A stretch of 64,000 nucleotides of DNA from an uncultured Chloroflexia bacterium (GTDB taxonomy: Bacteria; Chloroflexota; Anaerolineae; CG2-30-64-16), in the NCBI GenBank assembly GCA_963774265.1, contig CAVZDU010000006.1:96001-160000 (forward strand), given 5' to 3'. Numbering within the stretch: position 1 is the stretch's first letter; every line of letters starts with the position of its first letter. The notes beneath the pieces are model-generated. The model saw only the letters and a list, made by a program, of their open reading frames with translations, had not been told where the DNA came from and did no database searches. Made by a program: the position numbers and the translations under genes. Positions 31,049-41,349 of this stretch are shown here, piece after piece.

Positions 31049-33550
31049 ATGGCGGCGGAGCCGAAGCAGCGCGAGTTGTGGAGTGCAAGACCCCCGAGGG
31101 CCGTGTGCTGGCGCGGTCGAGATTTTCGCTCCCGACGGCAGCGAGGCTCTCCGGGGAAGCGCATCCGCTGGTGCTGCTCGCCCGCAGAGGAAGCGCGACG
31201 CAACGGCGAGGAACGCCTGCAATTGCGGGAGCGGGGCCGCTACGAATACCGCCTGAGACCCGCACCCGGTGTGCCCGATGACCTTCAGCTTCTGCGGCAG
31301 CGCGGCGTGCAGCCCAGCCGGTCGAGTCCGGAAGACGAGGACCGGGGACTGATCGAACCGCAGGACCACTGCGGCTTGCTTCCCGTTGACCGTCATCCGC
31401 CGCGGCGATGCCATGCAGCGCCCGCTGGCGCGGGGCAGCGTGGAGGTGCGCTCGCTCAAGATCGGCTATCGCGAGCACTACCGCGGCATGCTGTCGTATA
31501 TTGCGGAGAAGTGCGCCGGTCTGCTCCTGGACTGCCGCGCACCGACAAGACTGCGCCTCGACACGCTCTGGCAGCAGGACTCGCGCATTCTGGAACAGCA
31601 GCTTGAGTTTCTGCGCTACACGCTCGAGTCGCCGGCTTTCCGCGCTGCCGTGGATGAGGTGCTGCGGAATCCGCATCGCGGCTGGAGGATGAGCGCGAGG
31701 AGCGAGACATCTCCCGCCCGTTCAAGCCCGGCAGGGACTTCGCGCGGCAGATCGCGTGTCGGCACAGCGCCGCGCCGCTGTGCCGAGCAGCATCCGCTGC
31801 ACGCGACGGTTCAATCGCTGCCCGGCACAGGTCTCCGTGCAGGTGCGCACTGACTTCCTCGACACGGCTGAGAACCGATTCGCCAAGATGGTGCTGGTGG
31901 AGTTCCGCGATTTCCTCGCGGACGTAGCCGCGCATCTCGCCCGCAAGGCGAGGAAGGCGATGAGCCGCGAGACGCGAGCGGCTACTGCGCGAGGCGGAGC
32001 GGCTGCAGGGGATGCTGGAAACGCAGCTGTCGCGGGGCTTCTTCCGCGATGTACTGCCGCCCGACCGTGCTGCCGCTGGGCAGTCCGGTGCTCCAGCGCA
32101 AGGCGGGTTACCGCGAACTGCTGCGGTTCTGGCTGCAGTTCCACGCCGGGGCGCAGCTGGCGTGGGATGGCGGTGCGGATGTGTTCGAGGCCGGGGCACG
32201 CAACGTGGCGACGCTCTACGAGTACTGGCTGTTCTTCCAGCTGGAGGCGCTCTTCCGCCAGCGCTTCACGTGCGAGCAGCCGCTGCACGCGCTGGTGGTG
32301 AACAAGGATCAGGTGCCGCCGCAACTCGAGTTGAAACGGGGCGTCGAGCTGAGGACACCCGTCGCCGGCAGTCTGGTCGAAGACGGCAGGGCGGCATCTG
32401 AAGGCGGAGTTCCACTTCAACCGCAAGTACACGCCGCACGCCGACCGGGACCAAGCCGGCAGTTGGACGCGTGGGGTGCAGCCGGACTACACCATCAGCA
32501 TCTGGCCGGCGGAATACTCGCAGCAGGAGGCAGAGCAGAACGAACTGATGGTGCACGTGCACTTCGACGCGAAGTATCGCGTGGAGCGGGTGGGCGAGCT
32601 TCTGGGCGACTCGTCGGATGATGAAGGCCTTCGAGAAGAGACGCGGAGAGCAAGGACGAGGCACGGACCGCTGGCGAAATACGCGGATCTTCTGAAGATG
32701 CACGCCTACCGCGACGCCATTCGGCGCACGGCGGGGGCTTACGTGCTCTATCCGGGCAAACCAGGCGACGGGCAGATGTTCCAGGGCTTCCACGAGGTGC
32801 TGCCTGGGCTGGGTGCGTTCGCCATCCGGCCCGACAAGGATGGCAAGCCCGAGGGGATGGCGCGCTGGCGGAGTTCCTCGATCAGGTCATCGAACACCTG
32901 GCCAACCGGACCACGGCGCGGGAGCGGGTGAGCTATCACGTCGCCGAATCCTACACCGTGAAGGAAGAACCCGTGCCCTACGGCAGCTCTACAGCTGCCG
33001 GAGTCAGACATCTACGGCAAGGAATACCGGGCGCTGCCTCCGGCGGAAGAGATGGTCCTGGTGGCGTGGTACGAGAACGCTGCACAGCTCGAACTGGCGC
33101 AGGCCGAAGATGGGCTTCATCTATGTGCGGCTGGGCCGGCGGGCGGGTGCACTTCACGTGCATCCGAATCTGGCAGGCGTGCGGCGCGTCGTGATGCGAA
33201 CACATGACGGGATGGTCGCACCCGGATTTCTCAATCTTCGGGAAGCCGGCTTCCGCGTCTTCACGCGGCAGCAGCTGCGCGCGGAGCTCCAGCAGCACGC
33301 CAGGGGCAAGGGCGCTGCCGCATGGGAGGCCGGCGCCGGCGAAGACGACGAGGAGTACATCTACGCCCTGTTCCGCACGAAGCCGGACCCCGCGTCGGCC
33401 GGCCAGAAGTGGAACGGCGATGAACTCATGACGCTGATCGAGAAGTTCGAATCCGATCTGCGGAACAAGCCCGTCGAAAACCTCGGCAGGACGTCCCCTT
33501 ATCCCCGTATTCTGCCGCTGCGCGACGTGCTCAAGGCCCGCGCCAGCTGA
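31049..33550 (+). CDS. DUF2357 plus PD-(D/E)XK nuclease (McrC-like partner), multiply frameshifted
   Basis: VEVRSLKIGYREHY, DTAENRFAK, SPVLQRKAGYRE, VATLYEYW, QPDYTISIWP, HFDAKYRV, DLLKMHAYRDAIRRTAGAYVLYPG. Confidence 0.85.
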
Positions 33551-33575
33551 GCCTTGCCCGGCGCCCACTGCGCGG

Positions 33576-33626
33576 ACTGTACAGACTTCAAGAGTGTACA
33601 GAGTTCATAAGTGTACAGTCTTGAAC
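33576..33626. repeat. Three imperfect 17-bp direct repeats with palindromic TGTACA core
   Basis: ACTGTACAGACTTCAAG / AGTGTACAGAGTTCATA / AGTGTACAGTCTTGAAC in an AT-richer intergenic region. Confidence 0.8.
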
Positions 33627-33660
33627 CTGCGGTTTCCTTGGAAAATACCCCCCAAACCCA

Positions 33661-33690
33661 TTGACACCCATGTTCTTTTCCCCTTATGAT
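33661..33690 (+). promoter_or_regulatory. Putative sigma70 promoter of the primase-helicase gene
   Basis: TTGACA-18 nt-TATGAT. Confidence 0.6.
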
Positions 33691-33807
33691 GTCATAGAAC
33701 AATCGTCCGGATTGCTGCGTGGCGCAGAGAGGCAAGGGAGCGAACGATGGGCATCCTGATCAATCAGACGGTGACGGTCGCGCCGGGCGTGGAGCAAGGG
33801 GCCGACC

Positions 33808-35957
33808 ATGTTTGACGCCAGGGCGGCGCTGGCCGCTATCCTGCCCCGCCTGGACCGCGGCGACGCGCCGCCTGCCAGGTGGCCGGACCGCAAGGGTGAA
33901 TACTGGCCGCTGTGTCCTTTCCATCCCGACCGGCATACCGGCAGCTTCACGGTGTCGGAGCAAGGCTACAAATGCTTCAGCTGCAATGCCAGGGGCGGGC
34001 TGGTCGAGCTGGCCAGGCATCTTGGCGTAGACATAAAGTCGTGCAGTCGTGCAGTCGTTTCGGGGGGGGTAGACGGGGGAAATATTTCTTTGGCCGGGTA
34101 CGCGGAGGCGAAGCGCCTGCCCGAGGACTTCCTGGGGAGCGTCTTCGGCATCGCCGAGCGCAAGCGCAGCGGGCGCCTCACCCTGCGCATGCCCTACCTG
34201 GACGAGGGTGGTGCAGAGCTGTGCGTCAGGTATCGCATCGCGCTCGACGGCAGCGACAGGTTCCGCATGGCGGGCAGCAGCAAGCTGAGCCTGTACGGCC
34301 TCTGGCGGCTGGACAAAGCGGCAGAGGATGTGCTGCTGGTCGAAGGCGAAAGCGACACGCAGACGCTCGTCTATCACGGCATCCCGGCCCTGGGCGTGCC
34401 GGGCGCGCAGAACTGGCAGCCGGCCTGGGCCGAACGGGTCGCGGGCCGCATCGTCTATGCCTGGCAGGAGCCCGACGAAGCCGGCCAGAAATTCATCGCC
34501 AGGGTCGGCGCCAGCGTGCCGGGTCTGCGCGTCATTGCCGCACCCGCGGGCTACAAGGACATCTCGGCCGCACATGTCGCGGGCGAGCATGTGCCCGCGC
34601 TGATCGCCCGCCTGAAGGACGCCAGCCAGCCGTACGCGGCGCTGCAGGCCGAGACGCTGGACCAGACCGCCAGGGAAGCCGGGCAGGTCGCCGGCGACCT
34701 GCTGCGTGTACCGTCCATCCTCGACGAGTTCGGCGCCTTGTGCGAGCGCCTGGGCCTGGTCGGAGAAGAGCACAACGCCAGGCTGCTCTACCTGGCCCTG
34801 GTTTCGCGCTTTCTGGAGCGCCCGGTCAGCGTCGTAGTGAAAGGACCCTCCTCGGGCGGCAAGAGCTTTACGGTCGAAACCGTTCTGAAGTGTTTCCCGC
34901 CGGGCGCCTACTATGCGCTGTCGAGCATGAGCGAGCGCGCGTTGGCCTACGATGAGGAGCCGCTGGCCCACCGCTTCCTGGTCATCTACGAAGCCGCGGG
35001 CATGGGCGGTGACCTGGCAACCTACCTGCTGCGCAGCCTGCTGTCCGAAGCGTGCGTGCGGTATCTGACGGTGGAAAGCACCAACGAAGGGATGAAACCA
35101 AAGCTCATCGAGCGGGCCGGACCCACCGGCCTGCTGCTCACGACGACTTGGGCTGCAATCCATCCGGAGAATGAGACCCGGATGCTGTCGCTGACGGTCC
35201 GCGACGACCGCGCCCAGACCGCAAGCGTCTTGCAGGCCCTGGCCGGCCGCGCGAACGGCCGCGAGCCGCAGACTGTGGACCTGGCGCCCTGGCACGCGCT
35301 GCAGACGTGGCTGGCCCTCGCGGGCTGCCACGAGGTCACGATTCCCTACGCGCATGACCTGGCGACTCTGTCCGACCCGCGCGCGGTGCGCATCCGCCGC
35401 GACTTCAGCGCGGTGCTGAGCCTGGTCCGCAGCCATGCCATCCTGCACCAGGCGACGCGGCGCGCGACGAGCGCGGCCGTATCATCGCGACCCTGGACGA
35501 CTACGCAGCCGTCTACGACCTGGCGATCGGAACGGTGAATGAGGGCGTCAAGGCGAGCGTGTCGCTCGCGGTGCGCGCGGCCGTCGACGCGGTGGCCGGG
35601 ATCTACAAAGAGACCGAAAAAGCCGTCTCGATCCAGCAGCTGGCCGGCCGCCTGGGCATCGACGACAGCTCGGCCAGGCGGCGCGTACGTGTCGCGCTGG
35701 AAGCAGAGTACCTGATCGACCTGGCCAACGAGAAGAGCGACCAGCCGGGCAGGATGAGGCATTACGGGAAGGCGATCCGGCTGATGACCGGCGAGCCCAT
35801 GCCCGAAGAGACGAGCGTCCTGCCGTCTCCTGATGATTTGCGAAAAAAATATCCCCCGCCCACCCCCCCCGAAACGACTGCACGACTGCACGACTTTTTG
35901 CCTGGTGCGCCGGATGCGGATGAGGCGGAGCCCGAGCGGGAGGTATTCTACGTGTGA
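33808..35957 (+). CDS. Mobile-element primase-helicase: CHC2 zinc finger, Toprim, AAA+/P-loop NTPase and C-terminal winged helix; frameshift near 35460
   Basis: CPFHPD..CFSC; LLVEGESD..GVPG..EPDEAG; VVKGPSSGGKS; LVIYEA; LLLTTT..ENETR; SIQQLAGRLGIDDSSARRRV HTH. Confidence 0.85.
34035..34070 (+). repeat. Left copy of a 36-bp perfect inverted repeat
   Basis: AAAGTCGTGCAGTCGTGCAGTCGTTTCGGGGGGGGT, the exact reverse complement of 35862-35897. Confidence 0.95.
35862..35897 (-). repeat. Right copy of the 36-bp perfect inverted repeat
   Basis: ACCCCCCCCGAAACGACTGCACGACTGCACGACTTT. Confidence 0.95.
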
Positions 35958-36463
35958 TCGACCTCGCGAGCCTGCTGGTTGCCCTGGAGGAGCGAGGCGT
36001 CTTAATCGCGGCCGCCGGCGTCCGCCTGGTGGTGGACGGCCCGCGCGGCGCGGTGACGCCCGAGCTGCGCGCGGCGATCGAAGCGCACAAGCAGGACCTG
36101 CTGGACTACCTGGCCGGCAAGTTCACCGTGCCCATTCGCCCGGACCCTGACCCGCCCTGGATCGATCCCCGGCCCGAGCTGAAGGGCGACAGCGGGCGCT
36201 GGATGCGGCTGCTGGAGACCGCGCAGGCGCGTGACACGGCGATCTTCGGCATGCTATATGTCCTGCGCCAGATGGGCGCCAGGCTGGAGATCGCGGGCCC
36301 GGACAACTGGACGCTGCTGCCGGAAGGTCCGCTGCCGGGCTGGAAGATCGTGCGCGGGGATGAGATGACCCCTGAGGAGTACGACGACTTCCGCGGGCGC
36401 TACATGCTCCGGCACAACCAGGTGCTCGTCGAGCTGCTAGCCGCGCCCCAAGCGGTCCCGTGA
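35954..36463 (+). CDS. Hypothetical protein with a TubC N-terminal docking-like domain
   Basis: [41 protein letters not shown] resembles TubC_N; GTGA overlap with the primase stop. Confidence 0.7.
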   Translation: MIDLASLLVALEERGVLIAAAGVRLVVDGPRGAVTPELRAAIEAHKQDLLDYLAGKFTVPIRPDPDPPWIDPRPELKGDSGRWMRLLETAQARDTAIFGMLYVLRQMGARLEIAGPDNWTLLPEGPLPGWKIVRGDEMTPEEYDDFRGRYMLRHNQVLVELLAAPQAVP

Positions 36464-36489
36464 GGGCGATCCCTCGGATCGCCGAAGTA

Positions 36490-36524
36490 CAGGTGCCGGG
36501 CACTTTTGAAGTGCCCGGCACCTG
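36490..36524. repeat. REP-like palindromic element, copy 1
   Basis: CAGGTGCCGGGCACTT-TTG-AAGTGCCCGGCACCTG, 16-bp stem; related copy at 61967. Confidence 0.85.
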
Positions 36525-36531
36525 AGAGCAC

Positions 36532-38083
36532 TCAATGCCGGAAGTGCCGCTCCCCGGTGAACACCATCGCCACCCCGAGCCGGTCGGCCGCGGCGATGGC
36601 CTCCTCGTCGCGCAGCGACCCGCCGGGCTGGATGATCGCGGTGACGCCGGCCGCGGCCGCGGCCTCGATCCCGTCCGGGAACGGGAAGAAGGCATCGGAC
36701 CCCATCACCGACCCCACGGCCCGGTCGCCCGCGCGCGCGCGCGGCCAGGTAGACCGAGTCCACGCGGTTCATCTGCCCCGCGCCCACGCCCACCGTCGCC
36801 GTGCCCTGGACGAACACGATGGCGTTGGATTTGACGTGCTTGGCTGCCAGCCAGGCAAACGCCAGGCCGCGGCGCTCCGCCTCGGTCGGCTAGCGGCGAG
36901 TGACCACCTGCCACGCGGTCTCGTCCACGCCCCGCGTCATCCGGCGTCTGCGCCAGCAGGCCGCCGGCGACCGAGCGCAGCACCAGGCCAGGGCGACTTC
37001 GTCGCCGCCATCCGCGCCACCATCACCCGGCAGTTCTTCTTGTGCTCCGCCAGCCACTCCAGCGCGTCGGGCGTGTAGGCCGGCGCGACCAGCACCTCGA
37101 CGAAAAGCGAGCCGATCTCCTCCACCAGCGCCCGGTCGACCTCCCGGTTGACCGCGATGATCGAGCCGAACGCGGACACCGGGTCGCACGTCGAACGCCA
37201 GCCGGTACGCCTCGACCAGGCTCGCGGCCGACGCCAGCCCGCTGGGGTTGGTGTGCTTGATGATGGCCACCGTCGGCTCAGCGAACTCCTGCGGCATGGC
37301 CCAGGCGGCTTCCAGGTCGACGATGTTGTTGTAGCTCAACTCCTTGCCTTGGAGCTGCTCGAAGGCCGGCGCCGCGCCGGCCCAGCGGTAGAGCGCAGCC
37401 TGCTGGTGCGGGTTCTCGCCGTAGCGCAGCAGTTGCACGCGCTCGGCGGCAAGGGTCAAGGTTGCGGGGCAGGGCCGGGGTTGGCCAGCTTGCAAGCCGT
37501 TGCGACGGTTGCCAGCCAGTCGCAGATCGCCGCATCGTACGCCGCGGTGTGCCGGAAGGCCTTCAGCGCCAGGCTGCGGCGCCGGTCCTGCGTGAGCGCT
37601 CGCCCGACCGCAGCCTGCGACGCCAGCACCGCGGCGTAATCGGCCGGATCGCAGACCACCGCCACCGATTCGAAGTTCTTGGCCGCAGCGCGCAGCAGCG
37701 TCACCCCGCCGATGTCGATCTCTTCGACCGCCTCCGGCTCGGTCACGCCCGGCTTCGCCACGGTCGCCGCAAAGGGATACAGGTTGCAGACCACCAGGTC
37801 GACGGGCGCGATGCCGTGGCCGGCCAGCTCGGCCAGGTGCTCCGGCGTGCGGCGGGCCAGGATGCCGCCGTGAATGGCCGGATGCAGCGTCTTGACGCGG
37901 CCGCCCAGGATCTCCGGGAAGCCGGTGACCTGGTCCACCTGGGTGACCGGGCAGGCCGGCCGCGGCCAACGCTCGCGCGGTGCCGCCGGAAGCAACCAAC
38001 TCGAAGCCCAGCTCGACCAGCCCGCGGGCCAGGTCGACCAGGCCGGTCTTATCATAAACACTCAAGATGGCACGTGGCGACAT
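36532..38083 (-). CDS. purH: Bifunctional AICAR formyltransferase/IMP cyclohydrolase, multiply frameshifted
   Basis: [97 protein letters not shown]. Confidence 0.95.
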
Positions 38084-38149
38084 TAATCGATCCTTTCCTC
38101 AGCAGGATCAGTTATTGGAATTTCCGACCCCTTCTTTCAGACTTCCAGT

Positions 38150-38911
38150 TCAGAGCATCACCGCCGACGCCAGCGAACAGGGCCCGATGGCGCACTTGCC
38201 GCACGCGTCCGCCAAGCCGGAGCTCTTCGCCAGGCCGAGCAGGCGGCGGTTGCAGCGCTGCTTGTCGATCGCCCCATCGATTGAGAGGGCGTCAACAGGG
38301 CAGCGATCGATGCATTCCCGGCAACTGCCGTCGTAGAAGGCCAGACACCGCTCCTTGGGGGCCGGCGGCGTGAAGCTGATGTCGGCGTCGAGGACAAGGC
38401 TGCCAAAACGCCCGGCGCACCCGGAATCGGTGATCACCATTCGGTGGAGGCCGAAGCTCCCCAGCCCGGCGATGACCGCTGCGCTCTTGTGCGACCACCG
38501 GCAGATCAGGGTGTCCGGATCGTAGTTGTGAGTCGCGGGAGCGGCGGCGGCTCGCACGCCCTGCGCGGCCAGCGCGTCAATCAGGCGCCCTGTGATCCGC
38601 CCGATGAGCGCGTTCGTCTCCAGGTAGGCCACGGGCCACTCGGGCGCAACCTTGCTCCGATCCTGTGAGTTCGCCTCGATCACTGACGCCGTGAAGGGCA
38701 GGAAGAAGGCCACCACCGTGCGGGCGTCCGGCAGCATCTCCTCGGGCAGAAAGTGCGTCGGCTCGACAATGCGCTGCAGATCGTGGAAGCGTGGGTCTGC
38801 CGCAGAAACAAAGCCCACCAGCGGCTCACGGTAGGCGGTGACGTTGCCGGAGTTCGTCACCTCGCGCCTGATCGACTCAACGATGAATTCCTTCAGTTCC
38901 TGAGACTCCAT
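38150..38911 (-). CDS. Epoxyqueuosine reductase (QueG)-like 4Fe-4S protein
   Basis: WSHKSAAVIAGLGSFG..GRFGSLV; CxxCxxxCP (CRECIDRCP) and CGKC..PC clusters. Confidence 0.8.
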   Translation of the reverse strand: MESQELKEFIVESIRREVTNSGNVTAYREPLVGFVSAADPRFHDLQRIVEPTHFLPEEMLPDARTVVAFFLPFTASVIEANSQDRSKVAPEWPVAYLETNALIGRITGRLIDALAAQGVRAAAAPATHNYDPDTLICRWSHKSAAVIAGLGSFGLHRMVITDSGCAGRFGSLVLDADISFTPPAPKERCLAFYDGSCRECIDRCPVDALSIDGAIDKQRCNRRLLGLAKSSGLADACGKCAIGPCSLASAVML

Positions 38912-38963
38912 CGTGCACCTCTCTCTTGCCACAGCGCAGATGACTGGCGCATCTGCACCGTAC

Positions 38964-39002
38964 TGATATATTTATCATATATCAAAGTGGGTAAACCGTC
39001 AA
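38964..39002 (-). promoter_or_regulatory. Promoter with overlapping palindromic operator
   Basis: Minus strand TTGACG-17 nt-TATGAT; TGATATAT-N5-ATATATCA (38964-38984) overlaps the -10 element. Confidence 0.6.
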
Positions 39003-39117
39003 TCCGCCAATAATGAATGGAGGTTGTTCGAATTCCTGGCCCGGCTTACAGAACCAGGGCGGCTGTGCACGTACAATGTGACGCGTTGCGGGCGAACCGG
39101 GGCTAGTAGGAGCTTGT

Positions 39118-40149
39118 ATGAAATACCGATTGTTGGGCAAGAGTGGCTTGCGGGTGTCTGAGTTGGCGCTGGGTACGATGACGTTCGGTGAAACCTGGGG
39201 TTGGGGCGCATCGAAGGATGTATCCCGGCAGATCTTCGACGGCTATGCCTCCGCGGGCGGCAATTTCATCGACACAGCCAATCGCTACACGGAGGGTGTG
39301 AGCGAGGAATATGTCGGGGAGTTCATCGCCGCCGACCGCGGCCATTTCGTCGTCGCGACAAAGTACACCCTCTTCAGCCGCCGCGACGACCCGAACGCGA
39401 GTGGCAACCACCGCAAGAACATGGTCCAGTCGCTCGAAGCGAGCCTGAAGCGGCTGGGGACCGACTACGTCGACTTGTTTTATGTCCATGCCTGGGACTA
39501 CACCACCCCCGTGGATGAGGTGATGCGCGGGCTGGACGATCTGGTCCGCGCGGGCAAGGTGCTGCACGCCGGCATCTCCGATACGCCCGCGTGGGTCGTG
39601 TCGCAGGCGAACATGCTGGCGGAACTGCGCGGCTGGTCGCGTTTCGTCAGCCTGCAGATTCGCTACAGCCTGTTGGACCGCGCGGCGGAGCGCGACCTGC
39701 TCCCCATGGCGAGCAGCCTGGACCTCGCCGTCACGCCGTGGAGCGTCCTCGGTGCAGGCGTGCTGTCCGGCAAGTATGGCCGCGATCGGGGCGGCGCCGT
39801 ACAGGGCCGTGCGGCCCGTTGGGAGCTCAAGGACCGCGACTTCTCTATCGCGGAGGCGGTGGCCACGGTTGCTGGCGAGATTGGGTGCGCAGCCAGCCAG
39901 GTTGCGATCAACTGGGTGCGCCAACAGCCCGGGACGCTGATCCCGCTCATCGGCGCGCGCACGGTCGAGCAGTTGCGCGATAATCTGGCCAGCCTGGACA
40001 ACCCGCTGACGCCCGAACAGATCGCTCGGCTGGATGAGGCCAGCGCCATCGAGCTCGGCTTCCCGCACGACTTCCTCGCGTCCAACGAGGTTCGGGACCT
40101 GGTCTTCGGCGGGACTTACCATCGTATCGCGCATGGACAGGACATATGA
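39118..40149 (+). CDS. Aldo/keto reductase
   Basis: LGKSGLRVSELALGTMTFG, NFIDTANRY, ATKY, SLKRLGTDYVDLFYVH, PLIGART. Confidence 0.95.
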   Translation: MKYRLLGKSGLRVSELALGTMTFGETWGWGASKDVSRQIFDGYASAGGNFIDTANRYTEGVSEEYVGEFIAADRGHFVVATKYTLFSRRDDPNASGNHRKNMVQSLEASLKRLGTDYVDLFYVHAWDYTTPVDEVMRGLDDLVRAGKVLHAGISDTPAWVVSQANMLAELRGWSRFVSLQIRYSLLDRAAERDLLPMASSLDLAVTPWSVLGAGVLSGKYGRDRGGAVQGRAARWELKDRDFSIAEAVATVAGEIGCAASQVAINWVRQQPGTLIPLIGARTVEQLRDNLASLDNPLTPEQIARLDEASAIELGFPHDFLASNEVRDLVFGGTYHRIAHGQDI

Positions 40150-41324
40150 GACGCCTGGGATTGGCCCTTCTGCTGGGCAGTGCACTCGCTGCGCTTGCCG
40201 TTTTCGCTGCATGCACAAGCAGCGCACCGGCGCCCGCGCCCGTTTCTGTCGTCACGGCGGCGCCCGAGGCCAGCGCAGCGCTGACCGCCACACCGGTCGC
40301 TACAACTGCACCGGCGGCCACAGCCACCGTGACAGCTACGCAAACGCCGACCGCGACGGCCACGCAAACACCCTCGCCCACGGCAACTGTCACGCCAACG
40401 CAGACCCCAACGCCAATGAATCCGTTGGCGATCGAGGCCATGCGGCAGGCAGACTATCCCGGCAGCGATATCGTGATCGAGCAGACCCTGGAGGCGGGCG
40501 CGAACTACGCGCGCTACCTGGCGTCGTACCGGTCGGAGGGGCTGAAGATCTACGCGCTGCTCACCGTGCCGAACGGGACGACACCCGCGACGGGCTGGCC
40601 GGTGATCGTCTTCAACCACGGCTACATCCCGCCCGAGCAGTACCGGACCACCGAACGTTATGTCGCATACGTGGATGGGTTCGCACGTAACGGGTACATC
40701 GTCTTCCGGCCGGATTTCCGCGGGCACGGCAACTCCGAAGGTGAGGCGCACGGGGGCTACGGCAGCCCGGACTACACGATCGACGTGCTCAACGCGGTGG
40801 CCTCGCTCAAGAAGTACGCGGACGCGGACCCGAACCGGATCGGCATGTGGGGTCATTCCATGGGCGGGCACGTCACCCTGCGCGCGATGGTCACAACGAA
40901 GGACATCAAAGCAGGCGTGATCTGGGCGGGCGTGGTGGCCTCCTACCCCGACATGATGAACAACTGGCGCCGGCCCTCCAACGCACCGCCGCTGAACATT
41001 CCGGAGCGCGCGCGGCGCTGGCGGGAGGAGTTCATCGAGCAATACGGCACGCCGGAGGAGAACCCCGCGTTTTGGGCCTCCATCTCGCCGGTAGCGTACG
41101 CGGCCGACCTGTCGGGGCCAGTGCAGTTACAACATGCCACCGGAGATGCCGAAGTGCCGGTGCAGTTCTCGCGCGACGTGGCGCAGCAGATAGCGCAGGC
41201 CGGCGGTGTGGTGGAATACTACGAGTACCAGGGCGACAATCACAACATCTCGGGGAACTTCAACACCGCGATGCAGCGCTCGCTCGCCTTCTTTGACAAG
41301 TATGTTAAAAACGTGCCGGGCTAA
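40146..41324 (+). CDS. Lipoprotein alpha/beta hydrolase (S9 peptidase/dienelactone hydrolase-like)
   Basis: Lipobox FAAC, T/P linker, NHGY, DFRGHG, WGHSMGG, GDAEVP, DNHN. Confidence 0.85.
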   Translation: MRRLGLALLLGSALAALAVFAACTSSAPAPAPVSVVTAAPEASAALTATPVATTAPAATATVTATQTPTATATQTPSPTATVTPTQTPTPMNPLAIEAMRQADYPGSDIVIEQTLEAGANYARYLASYRSEGLKIYALLTVPNGTTPATGWPVIVFNHGYIPPEQYRTTERYVAYVDGFARNGYIVFRPDFRGHGNSEGEAHGGYGSPDYTIDVLNAVASLKKYADADPNRIGMWGHSMGGHVTLRAMVTTKDIKAGVIWAGVVASYPDMMNNWRRPSNAPPLNIPERARRWREEFIEQYGTPEENPAFWASISPVAYAADLSGPVQLQHATGDAEVPVQFSRDVAQQIAQAGGVVEYYEYQGDNHNISGNFNTAMQRSLAFFDKYVKNVPG

Positions 41325-41349
41325 CGAAATCAAGAACGCAGGAGGGGAC

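Noticed and set aside
33760-35448. 562-aa minus-strand ORF
   Set aside because: It is an antisense shadow of the primase-helicase; high GC makes stop codons rare, and it has no motifs.
36532-38083. purH as a true pseudogene or programmed-frameshift gene
   Set aside because: All motifs are intact, there are several scattered shifts without slippery-site/stimulator signals, and the same pattern occurs window-wide. Sequencing error is more parsimonious.
38084-38150. Purine or ZTP riboswitch upstream of purH
   Set aside because: The gap is only about 66 bp and has no aptamer-like sequence.
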